In this document: piece by piece, positions 34,947-46,720 of the stretch
Position numbering within the stretch: the first letter of the stretch is position 1
How the letters are laid out: each line of letters starts with the position of its first letter
Assembly (NCBI GenBank): GCA_977017575.1
Contig: CDRNVI010000025.1
Coordinates: forward strand, 124,001-188,000
Direction: 5' to 3'
DNA: 64,000 bases
Origin: Paramoeba atlantica
Lineage: Eukaryota > Protista > Discosea
Translations under genes and position numbers: made by a program
Notes under the pieces: generated by a model
The model's database searches: none
What the model was told of the DNA's origin: nothing
Seen by the model: the letters and a program-made list of their open reading frames with translations, nothing else

Positions 34947-35954
34947 GGGACATACCTTTTAATTTCGTCTGTTTTAGAAAATAGGATAAACTAAACTCTT
35001 CAATTCTTGCAGAAGTGTAACTCATTAAATATTAGACTCATTCCATGTGCTATACGTTCTTCTATTTTCTTCTAATGGGCAAACTAGATGAGGGCTAAGT
35101 ATGGTTTGCTTTGAAAATACGGCTAGGATTACAATGAGTTACACATAATTATCCATCGTTTACTTCCATACATGTATGAATACGGTGCATTAAAACGATT
35201 TCACATTTTTACATGTATTACTCAAAGAGTTCCTGCAATACTAAATATTATAAATAAATGTTATAAATAAAATAATACGGGCATTTTCTAAAATTTTCAT
35301 CATGGGCTGAAAAAGGACTACATGTTTTCGTACGTCCCACTTGGGGATTAGCATCCCACACGGGGACATCCCTTTTAATTTCGTCTGTTTTAGAAAATAG
35401 GATAAACTAAACTCTTCAATTCTTGCAGAAGTGTAACTCATTAAATATTAGACTCATTCCATGTGCTATACGTTCTTCTATTTTCTTCTAATGGGCAAAC
35501 TAGATGAGGGCTAAGTATGGTTTGCTTTGAAAATACGGCTAGGATTACAATGAGTTACACATAATTATCCATCGTTTACTTCCATACATGTATGAATACG
35601 GTGCATTAAAACGATTTCACATTTTTACATGTATTACTCAAAGAGTTCCTGCAATACTAAATATTATAAATAAATGTTATAAATAAAATAATACGGGCAT
35701 TTTCTAAAATTTTCATCATGGGCTGAAAAAGGACTACATGTTTTCGTACGTCCCACTTGGGGATTAGCATCCCACACGGGGACATCCCTTTTAATTTCGT
35801 CTGTTTTAGAAAATAGGATAAACTAAACTCTTCAATTCTTGCAGAAGTGTAACTCATTAAATATTAGACTCATTCCATGTGCTATACGTTCTTCTATTTT
35901 CTTCTAATGGGCAAACTAGATGAGGGCTAAGTATGGTTTGCTTTGAAAATACGG
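34947..35954. repeat. 416-bp tandem repeat (~2.4 units); 3' terminal repeats of the adjacent YR element
   Basis: Anchor GGCTAGGATTACAATG at 35121 and 35537; a 258-bp part recurs at 39726-39983. Confidence 0.92.
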
Positions 35955-35960
35955 AATTCC

Positions 35961-38486
35961 CTACGGGCGCCGTAGGCTCTCAATATAAGTACCGATGGAG
36001 GGCAGTGGTGTCAAGTCTTCAGCGCTGGATTTTCTCGTGAAGGGATCTGCTATTTGGGCGTTGGTAGGTACCCACTTTACTTCCAGGTTAGTGTTTGATG
36101 GGATGTACTGCATCCACCTATTGGCAGTGAAGTTAGTGCTTGCCCGCCTCTGGAGGGCCATGGCCACAGGCGCGTTGTCGACGTTCAATAGAATGTCCCG
36201 ATGTCCTTTTCTGACTGCTGCCATAATTCCACCAAGAGCCGCACTCAGCTCTGAGTAGAATATATGGGCTCCGGGCTTTGTCATGCCCTGTTTTGCAGTT
36301 TCGAGAATGCCTTGATTGAACAACAGAATAGCCCATGCGATTGAACTGGCATCAGTCCAAACTTCCACCTTTTCTTCTTTGGGTATATGACCTATCTTTT
36401 TTAACCAAACATTTCGCTTGAGTGCGGAAAATGCATCAGTCAGTTCGCCTAACAGGTGGTCGGTCGGAGAGAAGGAGATCTCCCAAGACTTTTCGTCGTG
36501 CACTTTTCTGGCAACTTTTCCTAGTGTTTGAAGAAGGTGTGCAAAAGTGCATAGTGGGATTTTCATAACCGTGGCCCTCCACATTAGTAAACCAGAAAGC
36601 GTATACAGTTCCACAGCTGTCCACGTCCCATTCCCGATTATGTCATTGTATCTTGAATACGCCTTTTCAGTCCACTTTTCTGACATGCGGTACTTCTTAT
36701 TTTTTAGATCAAATTCAATACCAAGTACGCACGCTTGCTGTAGTGGCTTCATGGTGAGACCATCTACTTCTAGTTGAACTGCGTGGACTCGGGCGCGAAA
36801 TTCTTTTGCATGGTTTTCTACTTCTGACTTGGATTTTCCGAACAAAAGAAAATTGTCTACCCAGGCCAATCCAATGTCCCGGACAATGCGATTTGAAACT
36901 CGCTGTGCAATAGCCGGGGCCCATGACCATCCCATGGGCATGGAAGAAAATTGAATACTGCATGTTTCTCCTCTAGCGTGACCTAAAACCGCTCCAAAGT
37001 AGGATCGGATCTCGGGAGCGAGGGAAAATTGGTAAAAGTAACTCCGTGCGTCCGCGTGAGCCATCCATTCCGAATCTAGCAGATTTTCAATCACGTTATG
37101 TATGGATGGTAGGTGCATTGCGGGGGGGCATTCGAAAACTCGGTTGAGTTTCCTACAATCGCAGATTAGACGAAGTGTGGAGTCTTTCTTCGGAACTGTA
37201 AAGGTACGATGTACTACTATCGGTCCTTCGGTCTTCTCTACAACCCCCATGCGTAATAAGTCTGGTAAATGATGTCTCATAAATCGAGACACTGGTCGAT
37301 TGCCTTTAGGTGCACGCAGCATGTGCGCGTGAAAGGCGTTGACGTTCTGTAGTAGATGTAAAAAGTCTAGGCTGCCATCGTCATTCATATTGTTCAGTAT
37401 AGAATATGACAGTCTTGTGGTTGTGATAGGAGCTATTATTCCCCGATTTTTGTACGCTCGCACGCTCGGTGGTCGGGTGAGCTGCCCGCGAGACATAGAC
37501 TGATTGTTTGTGTCTTCAATTTTCTTCGTTGCAATGTTAGCAATGTCCGTTGAATTATGCACGTAGATAGGTTCGGGATTCGGTTCGCCTATAATGTTAT
37601 CGCTGTCTAGCGTGATCTTACCGATGTGCAAGGGGAACCTACCTTGTAATTGACGTTTTAGTATGTAAACAGCTGATTTAGTTTTCTTGTCATGTCCTTT
37701 GGTGTTTTCTGGGTTCACAGTAATTTTGTCGCGTCCTGTAGCCCTAGGGACAAGGCCACTTCCAGTCGAGGGAGATATATCCACAATGTCTCCAGATCTT
37801 TGTGCTTGGCCAACAGCTGTATTACCGACAGTGGAACTCCCTCTCTGAGGAGTGATACTAGAGCCCCTCTTTTTACAGAATGTGCCGACAACTCTGCTTT
37901 CACCCGCTTCAGCACGGCATTGGCTCTCAGCGTCGATAAAGTCGTGAACTTGTCTTCTGGCTTCAGCTTGTCCAATTGGTCCATGAAGATTTTCCACTCC
38001 GTCAAGTTGCAAGTCATTGGAATAGCCGTCCCTACTCTGAAGGGATCCCCTTTGTGAGTCGGAAACGTTACTCCCAGTATTCTCCGCTCGAGATCTACCA
38101 CTTGTAAATCTAATTTCCTCAGATGTTTGACATCGTCTATTCTGCTGCATGTCTTCCACGCCAAGGTCAGGCCCGCGGCTTCGTCCGGAAGCAGCCATTC
38201 GCACGCCTCCAATACTTGTTCGCGTGTAGCCGGGGGCGCCTGATGCTCCGGTATTTGAGCCCCTTGACGCTGAAGGGATCGCATATAGGCTGTTACTGTC
38301 GACTTTTGCAATTGACCCCCAGATCGGAATATGATTTGTATCAGACTCTTTGCATACGTATGTGCGGTTTGGATGCTGATGGTACCCCGTTGAGTTTGCG
38401 GATTGATTAGTCTCATTTTCGACTCCAAGAAGCATATTATGCACCAATCTTCGCTTGGAACGTTGTTTCCGAGATTTTCCTTCCAA
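35961..38486 (-). CDS. Reverse transcriptase + RNase H of YR retroelement
   Basis: FTVPKKD..LRLICDCRKLN, DARSYFYQ, MPMGWSWAP, WVDNF; RNase H VWTDAS, SELSAA, VDNAPV, WVPTNAQIADPFTR. Confidence 0.92.
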   Translation of the reverse strand: MEGKSRKQRSKRRLVHNMLLGVENETNQSANSTGYHQHPNRTYVCKESDTNHIPIWGSIAKVDSNSLYAIPSASRGSNTGASGAPGYTRTSIGGVRMAASGRSRGPDLGVEDMQQNRRCQTSEEIRFTSGRSRAENTGSNVSDSQRGSLQSRDGYSNDLQLDGVENLHGPIGQAEARRQVHDFIDAESQCRAEAGESRVVGTFCKKRGSSITPQRGSSTVGNTAVGQAQRSGDIVDISPSTGSGLVPRATGRDKITVNPENTKGHDKKTKSAVYILKRQLQGRFPLHIGKITLDSDNIIGEPNPEPIYVHNSTDIANIATKKIEDTNNQSMSRGQLTRPPSVRAYKNRGIIAPITTTRLSYSILNNMNDDGSLDFLHLLQNVNAFHAHMLRAPKGNRPVSRFMRHHLPDLLRMGVVEKTEGPIVVHRTFTVPKKDSTLRLICDCRKLNRVFECPPAMHLPSIHNVIENLLDSEWMAHADARSYFYQFSLAPEIRSYFGAVLGHARGETCSIQFSSMPMGWSWAPAIAQRVSNRIVRDIGLAWVDNFLLFGKSKSEVENHAKEFRARVHAVQLEVDGLTMKPLQQACVLGIEFDLKNKKYRMSEKWTEKAYSRYNDIIGNGTWTAVELYTLSGLLMWRATVMKIPLCTFAHLLQTLGKVARKVHDEKSWEISFSPTDHLLGELTDAFSALKRNVWLKKIGHIPKEEKVEVWTDASSIAWAILLFNQGILETAKQGMTKPGAHIFYSELSAALGGIMAAVRKGHRDILLNVDNAPVAMALQRRASTNFTANRWMQYIPSNTNLEVKWVPTNAQIADPFTRKSSAEDLTPLPSIGTYIESLRRP

Positions 38487-38863
38487 ACTGTATACTGTTT
38501 GTACACGCTGGAAAGGTGATTCCAGCGCGAGTTGGATTTCTCTTCTAATAGACGATCCTGGCCTAGAACGATCATTTGTTGAACGTCGACTGTAGGAATC
38601 GCGGCTCTTGTTTCTCTGTTGCCTTCCACGCGGTCGAGGAAGAGGTCTTCGATCTCCAGTAAGTTCTTTGCTCTTGATCTTGTTACTATCCCTGTAACAG
38701 CCCTGTTGCTCGTGGAAGGTTGCTTGTACTGAGTACTTCGGACATGACTGGTAGTGCCGGCGCCGGTTGTGGTTTCCGTTTGATTTCCGTATGTTTCGTT
38801 TCCCTCTTCTTGAAATTGATTTTTTATGCCCCTTAATAAATATATTTCCAGATTATTCTTCAC
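37715..38863 (-). CDS. Tyrosine recombinase
   Basis: WKTCSRIDD, HKGD, SAHSVKRGA, AKHKDLETLWIY. Confidence 0.88.
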   Translation of the reverse strand: MKNNLEIYLLRGIKNQFQEEGNETYGNQTETTTGAGTTSHVRSTQYKQPSTSNRAVTGIVTRSRAKNLLEIEDLFLDRVEGNRETRAAIPTVDVQQMIVLGQDRLLEEKSNSRWNHLSSVYKQYTVWKENLGNNVPSEDWCIICFLESKMRLINPQTQRGTISIQTAHTYAKSLIQIIFRSGGQLQKSTVTAYMRSLQRQGAQIPEHQAPPATREQVLEACEWLLPDEAAGLTLAWKTCSRIDDVKHLRKLDLQVVDLERRILGVTFPTHKGDPFRVGTAIPMTCNLTEWKIFMDQLDKLKPEDKFTTLSTLRANAVLKRVKAELSAHSVKRGALVSLLREGVPLSVIQLLAKHKDLETLWIYLPRLEVALSLGLQDATKLL

Positions 38864-38959
38864 TGTAAAGATTATTGCCCCTAATGTTGATAGTTCTATT
38901 ATATTGCCCCTTATATAATCTATTGTTTCTTGGACTAAATTTCTGTTGAATTCTTCGAG

Positions 38960-39715
38960 TCAGAATTTTTTCCCTTGCGGTTTTGTCATCGGGCCCGCGT
39001 TTCGCCCTGTTCGGTCGTTTTTTGTATCCATGGCTTTGATCATTGCAGGTAGAATTTTTCCCCGCAGTCCTCCGGTCGTTTTTGCTTCTTCAAGAGCCTG
39101 TGCGAAGACGCGGCAGTCCCCATGTTGAGCGCGAACTTTGTAAGCAACCAACGCCGCCAATATGTTGTCCCCGACCGCCATGTTCCCGTCTGATTTCCAT
39201 ACAAGTCCCATTTTCATTGAGTTTCGCACCCAAGCCAAAAATGCTAGCAACAAATCGTTCTTCCGATGCTCGTCTTGGTGATAGCGTGGGGCATTGCGTT
39301 CGGCAGCTCCAATACTAAAGTAGCGACGCAAATGAGCGTCCAATTCCACAAAACTACGATCTCGCGTCTCCGAGGGTGCCTCGATGAACATCGCGTACGT
39401 AGATAATTCAAGCGGTTCGAACGTTCCAGTCTCTCGGCCTTCAACACGCTCCATCGCAGCGGAGTAAGGGTCAGTGGCGAGTTTCTCCACCCCATGTAAT
39501 CGAGCATTCGTCGGAGGAAACGTAAGCTCGCCAAATTTCGCATAGTCCACCAACATAGTTGTTTTCTCTTCGCCAATCTTCTTCACCACTCCCTTCCACA
39601 TTTCTCCACGTGGCACTTTGTCTGAGGACCATAAAACCGCGATAGTGTCGCCAACCTGACTCTCGGCCACAAACCGTCCAATGCGAGAGTCAGATAGTGG
39701 GGGGAGGTCATTCAT
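38960..39715 (-). CDS. Gag-like ORF1 of YR retroelement
   Basis: Position upstream of YR; W..WKG.V motif shared with the other gag-like ORFs in this window. Confidence 0.65.
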   Translation of the reverse strand: MNDLPPLSDSRIGRFVAESQVGDTIAVLWSSDKVPRGEMWKGVVKKIGEEKTTMLVDYAKFGELTFPPTNARLHGVEKLATDPYSAAMERVEGRETGTFEPLELSTYAMFIEAPSETRDRSFVELDAHLRRYFSIGAAERNAPRYHQDEHRKNDLLLAFLAWVRNSMKMGLVWKSDGNMAVGDNILAALVAYKVRAQHGDCRVFAQALEEAKTTGGLRGKILPAMIKAMDTKNDRTGRNAGPMTKPQGKKF

Positions 39716-40120
39716 TGTGCGTTTTTTGCTTTGAAAATACGGCTAGGATTACAATGAGTTACACATAATTATCCATCGTTTACTTCCATACATGTATGAA
39801 TACGGTGCATTAAAACGATTTCACATTTTTACATGTATTACTCAAAGAGTTCCTGCAATACTAAATATTATAAATAAATGTTATAAATAAAATAATACGG
39901 GCATTTTCTAAAATTTTCATCATGGGCTGAAAAAGGACTACATGTTTTCGTACGTCCCACTTGGGGATTAGCATCCCACACGGCGACGCGTCAACGATCC
40001 CGTTCTGTACCGAGACTCGCGAACCCCTTTAGCCGTGTAGTAGAAGAAGAAACGAGTTCGCAAACTGCGGCAAGCGCACAAAATGGTGCTGTTGATCCGC
40101 GAGTCCAATCTGCCAACCAG

Positions 40121-40500
40121 ATGCTGGAAGTATTTGGTGGACTATCAAGACAACTTGAGACACTTCTGAAAGCCCAACAGGAGCAGCAGTCATTTTGGGA
40201 GCGCCGTACTACACAGTCAGATGAACGATTAGAGGCGCTTATTCAAAACCTACGCGTCAGCCCTTTAGCTTCTGGGAACGAGCGTTCCACTCCGGTACCC
40301 ACCTCTCAGACTTTGGTGAGAAACATAACCCGAAACCCAGCGATGTCCGCGCAACCTCTTTCAGAGGACGAAGTGTAAGAGAAGGTTTTACGCATTACAG
40401 CACTACTGGAAGAAAATGAGGTTGAAATCGAAGTAACCTGGTACCTCGAGAAAAACGGCCCACTTACCGCAATAACATGGCGAGGCAACCCAAAGGCGGG
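40121..40500 (+). pseudogene. Gag-like fragment
   Basis: After the stop at 40376-40378 the frame reads EIEVTWY..AITWRG, matching EIEATWF..TTWRG of the gag at 25974-26693. Confidence 0.55.
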
Positions 40501-40745
40501 AGGCCCTGACGAGGGCGAAAAAATACCATTTATGAATAATTTTTTTCATATGAATACGATCTCCATGCGAAGCGATCGAAACATGTTAGAACCCAATAAG
40601 TAAAACCTATAAATTTACGATTTTGTATGTTGGAGATAATACCTCCTTACACTAAATGGTAAGATTTTCTTGACAAAGAAACTCGCGAAATGCAAAATTT
40701 TTTGTTGAATTATAACGTTATAACGCTTTAGAACGTTGTTGTTTC

Positions 40746-42186
40746 TTAATTTAAAAGAGATACATGGCCATGCCTGTCGCTCTCGTTCCCATGGCGTGAG
40801 GGTTCATCTGCTATGTTTTTCTCGGAGCAAATCCAACGGACCTCCTTGAGATAACCCGGTAGGAAAAACACCTGGTATAACCGGCGTAGCCACTCCATAA
40901 TTAGCGGGGGTCCTGCCTTCCATTTGGACAGCCATGCCACAACGTTCTTATTATCTGATATCAGTGTACAAGCCTTGATTTTTCTTTCCTTTACCAGTTT
41001 TAAGCCCATCTCTGCTGCGAATAGCTCCTTATATGCAATAGGCTTATCTCTGAGCCAGGCCGCAAAATTTCCAGAGCGATACTGAAGACTGCCGCCCTGC
41101 AGCCATGCTAGTCCCCACCCCTTCTCGGAAGCATCACAATACAATTCAAAGGCACTGGTTTTTCCCCTCTCCAATTTTCTAGGGGTGTTTGCCTCCACTC
41201 TATCGATTAGCGCAATAAGGCTTGAGATGAATTTCTGGGACATCTGGCATGGTAAATCCCATAAGACTGGCTTAGCTGCCAATCTGCGTGCTCTCCCCTT
41301 CAGCCAATACATCACAGTTGGAAATTCGCATTGAGTAATACCTAACACTCTAGTTGCCCAGAACAGAGTCCCCAACACTTTCCAGATTAGACGGTGCGTC
41401 GGCAAGCGATGCTGTTGCGCTAGTAACTTGAATGCCTCACGTAAGTGTTTTAATTTATCAATAAACTGAACCGGCAGTGAGAGTTTCTTTTCCTCTAGAT
41501 TTACCTCAATGCCTAATACCGTTCCCTTACTGGTGGGCTTCGTGGTGACCGCAATTTCGGCGCCAACCTGCTTCGCACGTTGCAAAGTTTGGCTCAGGTC
41601 ATCCTCTACATCCTCCTGGCTGGTTCCAAAACGGTAACAATTGTCGATAAAAGTCAGTGGATGTGAATTACTAACCGGAAGGTTGTGGATCAAGCTTGTA
41701 GCCGCATGACCAATTTTTTACCGAAGAATGCCATCCCATGGGCAATGTGGCCCAACCATATGTCCTTCCCTTAATGCGAACGGCCAAGTAGGGCAGAACA
41801 TCTTCTGGAAGCCCAAACTGATGGTACCAATTTCTTCCATCCGTCTCCCCGAAGAATTTGTTTTCCAGGACCGCCTTTTCAATATCCTGCAAGCTCGCTA
41901 ACGTTAAAGGGCCTGGGACTATAGATTGTATCTCGTTGAGAGGAATCGCATTCAAGATCACACGCATGGTTTTCTTCTTCGGCTTGGGAATCAAAAATGC
42001 TGTCATCCATATTTTTGCGGTTCTCCGTGGGATTCTCTTTATTACCCCGGACCTCACCATCTCCTCCACGAAAGGTTCCAGCCTCTTCGATTCACCGCGA
42101 TAACGAGGATCGTAATCCTTCCTCAACAAGCCCTTAAACTTATTCGCGTCCTGCACGAAACCGAATATTTTCTTTTCTTCTCTCAC
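40746..42186 (-). pseudogene. RT-RNase H of another YR retroelement, one frameshift
   Basis: FLIPKPK..RVILN, DGRNWYHQ, LPMGW; FIDN; RNase H YCDAS..GWG, YKELFAA, ISDNKNV, NIADEPSR. Confidence 0.85.
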
Positions 42187-42276
42187 ATCGCTTCCAGTTA
42201 ATAATCAAATCTTTTTTTTTTTTTTTTTTTTTGGGTTGCTGTTCGTCTGTTGTAGGTGTAGATTTCGTGAATACGT

Positions 42277-42472
42277 TTTTTTTTTTTTTTGTAAGACCCC
42301 TGTCATTGCATTCTGCCACAATGACGGATCAGAGATAAGGCTTATATAAGGCTTGCGCGACTTTGCAAGCTGTGTAATATTTCGTATTATGATATAAAAA
42401 CCAATGAGCTGATTTATAGACTGAATTCCTGCGTAGCGCCTTCTTCGTTTAGGTATTTCCGAAGGTGGGAAT
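42277..42472 (-). mobile_element. Short 3' end of a CRE-like element with poly(A)
   Basis: Near-identical to 51695-51877; ends GGGGTCTTAC + A-run on the minus strand. Confidence 0.75.
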
Positions 42473-42561
42473 ATGATCTTTGTTGCTATTACAATAGATT
42501 TCAAAATATCTGCATAATCATCGAGTATGATGCGCGCTGTCTAAACTAAAAACACCATGAA

Positions 42562-45500
42562 CTAACGACTGGGAAGTCTGCACCCTCCCCGTCGCCAGTC
42601 TCCCTTGGACACAATAACCATACCGTCCTTTCGCCAAGTTCCGTAGCGGTTCCTGCTCCAAGGGTCAGCTAAGTTCGCATTCGTTTCAACATAGTGTGCC
42701 GCTATTTTTATTCCTCGGATGTTGATGAAATTTAAAATTCGAATAAGAACTGTGGATATATTATATGAATCCGACCACTGCTTTGCAATCGCGTATTTGA
42801 CACTCGTATTGTCCACACATAATCGAATGTTTTTCCAACGTGCCCAATGATCTTTAAAAGTAATCAAAGCCTTTTCAGTGGCTGTAGCCTCTGCATAATT
42901 GATTTCCATATCCGATTCCCAAGGTGCACCACCACCATAAACGGCTCCATCCGGACAAATGAGAACAGCACCCCATCCGTCTAGCGATGCATCAGTGAAC
43001 AGCACTGCCTCAGGTATATCAATTCTCCTAGGCTGATGTTGCCATTTGTTCAACCGAATTTCTTGTATCCATTTCTTAAGAAGATGGCAAACAGTTGGGG
43101 GCATGTTAATGTGATCCGTATCTCGAATTTTGCCCTTGTTCAGCTTGCTAACTTGTCGGCGGACAAATTTTATTGTCCAATAATACTTGGGTATCAAGAC
43201 TTGTAGAATTCCAGATGCGTACAATAGGCGTGCACATAGAGATTCCAATTGGTGCATTGGCATTACATCAGGAATGTCATGTGGAATTTTGTTCACGAAC
43301 AGTTCAGCGAGTCTGAAGCACTGAGTATCATGATCATAGCTTACACCCAAAAAGTCATACTTTGGGCCACAATATGACTCTTCTTCCTTGAAGGTAGCGT
43401 TTAATTTTTTTGCCCGAGTTTCCAACCAATTTTCATATAATTTGCATTGATGTTGAGCTCCAGTGTAACGTATTCCGTCGATATAGATATCTATATTGCC
43501 ATTCTTCAGTGAACTTTCTGTCATGATAGAGTCTTTCGTATATTTCGGATCACCTGCTACCACTCCTGTTAAAATTTGCTGTATTTCAGGGGCGCAACAA
43601 TGGCCCATCGGCATGCGAGTTAGTTGATATGTAGCGTCTCCATACCGAAAACGATAGAAACACTTAGAATGTTGTGGTAACGCAACCTGATAAAAACTTG
43701 ATTTTAAATCTCTCTTTACTGCACATGGTGAACGAACACTTTCAGCGTATGATCCCGGTTGATCTATTGGAACGTGGGCTACGTAAGTATTTTGCAAAAT
43801 AGCGTTTTGATGCTTGGGCCAACATATAAAACGGCGTCTTTTTACTCCGTTCCTCTCTTCGACCACGGTAGATGGTAATACCTTGCCTTTCGTAGGATTG
43901 CTTCGTAACTCTACATAACTGACACGCTCGATGATGCCATTTTCAGATAGCTGCTTAATATCTGTATGCGATAAGGATCCGTTGGAGCGAGGTAGAATTC
44001 CAATATTATTCAAAATAGGGAAATGTGGCATCGTTATGTTTTTCCATACGTCTGTAAACCTTGTTCCCACTTCAGGCTTCATATGTTGTATTGCCGTTGA
44101 AAGGTCAATTGGTTGCACTTTGGGGGCGTGTAACGGGATGTTGAATTGTTCTGGAGTAGCCATACTAGATTTCCGAATTGTGCGTGTCCAGATAACTTTT
44201 TTCCTAGGCGCAACGTCTTTCTGCTGTGTATCCCAATACGACATTAAGTTCTTCTTGCTGTTTAAAGGAAACGTGTCACCCATTGTGTTCCTAAGGCGCG
44301 TGCCGTCGTTTCCGATCTTCCGGAGTATCGGAGTAGAGTGGTTACGTTCTTGTGGTTTGCGAGGTTCATTACTTCTTCCAATGTTAGTTTCTTCAGTGCC
44401 ACTTGTTTCATCAGGGAGTGCACGGCTCCGTGCTTCATCGAATGTGAGGAATACCCCGGACCCAGATGCTTTCTGAGAAAACTCGCTACCTTTTGAGTGC
44501 TTGCCTGAGAGATTTTTTGATTGGGTTTCAATTTGCGAAGATGGGTGTATATCAGATGGGTATACGCACCTTCGATTACCACAAAACAATCTGGGCGAAA
44601 AGGTTGCATCTTTGTAGTTTTTGTTTTGTTTCCCATATGTAGAACAATGCTTGTAGGGTTCAGGTGAATTACATCCTTTCTTTGTAACTTGCAAATATCG
44701 CCTATTCGGGAGGCTGTCTTGTACGCCAACAGAACAGCTATGAACATGTCTGTGGGCATCAGTCGGCTCAACTCGTTTATGTGATATTTGTTTACAGGTT
44801 TCGCTTGATGAGTCGGAATAGTGGCTCCCGTGCGTAAAAGAGTGTTGCAATACATCCTTATAAGTTCGAAATTTTGTCCGGAGGCTTTCAGAAGGGCTTG
44901 CAAGTGCTTCCCGTATGTTAGCTTTGTCTGGTTTGTTAGTCATTTGATTGAGAAATTCGATTGCTCCATCGCTGCAAAACTGAAATCTTTTCTCTTCCAT
45001 TCGTCTTAAAAGGCGGGCTCTTGTTTTCCATGTGTTGACACTCCACATTTTCCGAAGGCAATTTCTGGTTATTGGCTGGATTATTCCTAAGAAATTCATT
45101 ACATAATCTTCCTCCCTGATGTCGGAATTCTTCTTTTGTTGGCAGTTTATCTTGTTCTGACTTGTCACTCTTTGTTTGGGGCAGATTTACTGATTTTGAA
45201 TTTTGTTTTGTAATTTTTAGTTCCATCAAATTTTTCGTTCTGTATTCCCTTTTTGAAAGTATCATGTTCGACTGACTTTTTGCACGGGGGCAGACTCCTG
45301 TGAGTCAATTGCTCCGGCCAGTGGACCCCCGTCCGTAGAAAACCGGGTTTAAGCCCCCCCGATTTACTGCCCTGAAATTCCGTGAATAAGGCCGTTGAAT
45401 GTCCCTACCATAGTGATTTTTTTGATTAGTTTCGGTTTGTGAATATGTTGCGGAAACATTCTGTTGTCCTGATCGGTATCCCCGCATTGGCGTGAAACCT

Positions 45501-46597
45501 CGTCCTCTGCCCCGGTTATAATTTACGCTTGTATTGATCAAATTCCCCAAGACGTCATCTGAATTTCGGTGGGCATTATAATGAGATTGCACATAACTAG
45601 TATCGGAGCCCTTTAATGACCCCAGTTTAATGCGTAAACGATCAAGTGTCAACTGTCCAACTTCAAAATGTTTTTCTGAATCTTCAGCTTCATTCTGGCG
45701 ATCTGCTGTTGCTCGCATCCATTGTTTTAATAATTCCCACAGAAATTTCAATTCTTCATTCAGATAAATTGGCATTTGCAATGCTTCTTTCAGCCGATTT
45801 TCCAAAATATCTAGAGAGAACGGTTCACCAGAGTTTAGTATTCCAGACCAGGTTCGTACTTTCTGCCATTTAAATGAACTCTCTTCGAATTGACCACGAA
45901 GTTCGGATCCTGAGATATCTGAAGTTTCCTCATCTTTCGGAACCTTAGATACGATCTTAATATTGTTGTACATGACACCTTCCTCAGGTAAAGCGTACAG
46001 GCCCTGGCCATAGTCGACTTGTAAAAAGGGTTTTCCATTTTCATCAATTCCGGGATAGGCTATTCCTTTCCACACTTGCAAAGCACTTGGACCTAATTCT
46101 TCATAGTACCACGAAACATCCAGCTCGACGGTGTACTTGTCTAGAAGAGAAGTAACTTTGCAAATAACTTTTTTCAACTCGTCGGGGCTCATACAATGAT
46201 TCGGGTTCACTTGTTCGTGGTGGCGCACTTCACTAGTACCCGCATCAGAGGTTCCTATGCTTGACCCTTTTTGATTCTGACGGTCGTTCAACCTTTGGGT
46301 CACTTCCATCGTCATGGAGCGCAATATCTTCATTTCATTCCGTACTTCCGCATCACGTTTTCCAAACTCTTTTTGGAGATTTTCTTGCGCAGTTGAAACT
46401 TTCTTTACGTCCGTACGAAATTCGGAAATCTGCTGTAATATTATCTGTAAAGTTTGATTAATGTTCGAATCTTCCCCCGTACCCACAGTAACGCTATCTC
46501 CACCACAAGGCTGAACCATAACAGGTTCTTCAGAGAGCGGGCCCGACTCAGGTGCAGCTTGAGACGAATCCGCCAGTTGAGAACGTGTTGAAACCAT
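42562..46597 (-). mobile_element. YR retrotransposon: gag (45305-46597), YR (44262 to ~45070), RT-RNaseH (42562 to ~44900)
   Basis: YR: YKTASRIGD, KTK, HSMKHG, NHKN..LLRY. RT: RRRFICWP, KRDLKSSFYQ, MPMGHCCAP, YIDG. RNase H: FTDASLDGWG, AEA, VDNTSV, NLADPWSR. Confidence 0.92.
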
Positions 46598-46720
46598 AAA
46601 ATTTTTAAACTATGAGTAGTGAAAAAAGGCCAATCTCAATCAATTGAATTTTTAAATTATGACTGTCTCCAAAATAACCTTCTATGTACATTTTCTCATT
46701 CGATACAATGGTCTTCAAAA

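Larger units (their letters stand above)
34947..39983 (-). mobile_element. Apparently complete YR retrotransposon (VIPER/TATE/Ngaro-like) with split direct repeats
   Basis: A repeat - gag-like ORF - YR - RT/RNaseH - B-A-B-A-B repeats; three uninterrupted ORFs. Confidence 0.9.

Noticed and set aside
42562-45168. 868-aa ORF as a YR-N-terminus/RT fusion protein
   Set aside because: Its first ~90 aa (MWSVNTWKTRARL..) match the YR N-terminus of sister elements and rejoin the YR frame (TKLTYGKHLQA) with a 1-nt shift near 44930; more likely a mutation or sequencing indel than a real fusion.
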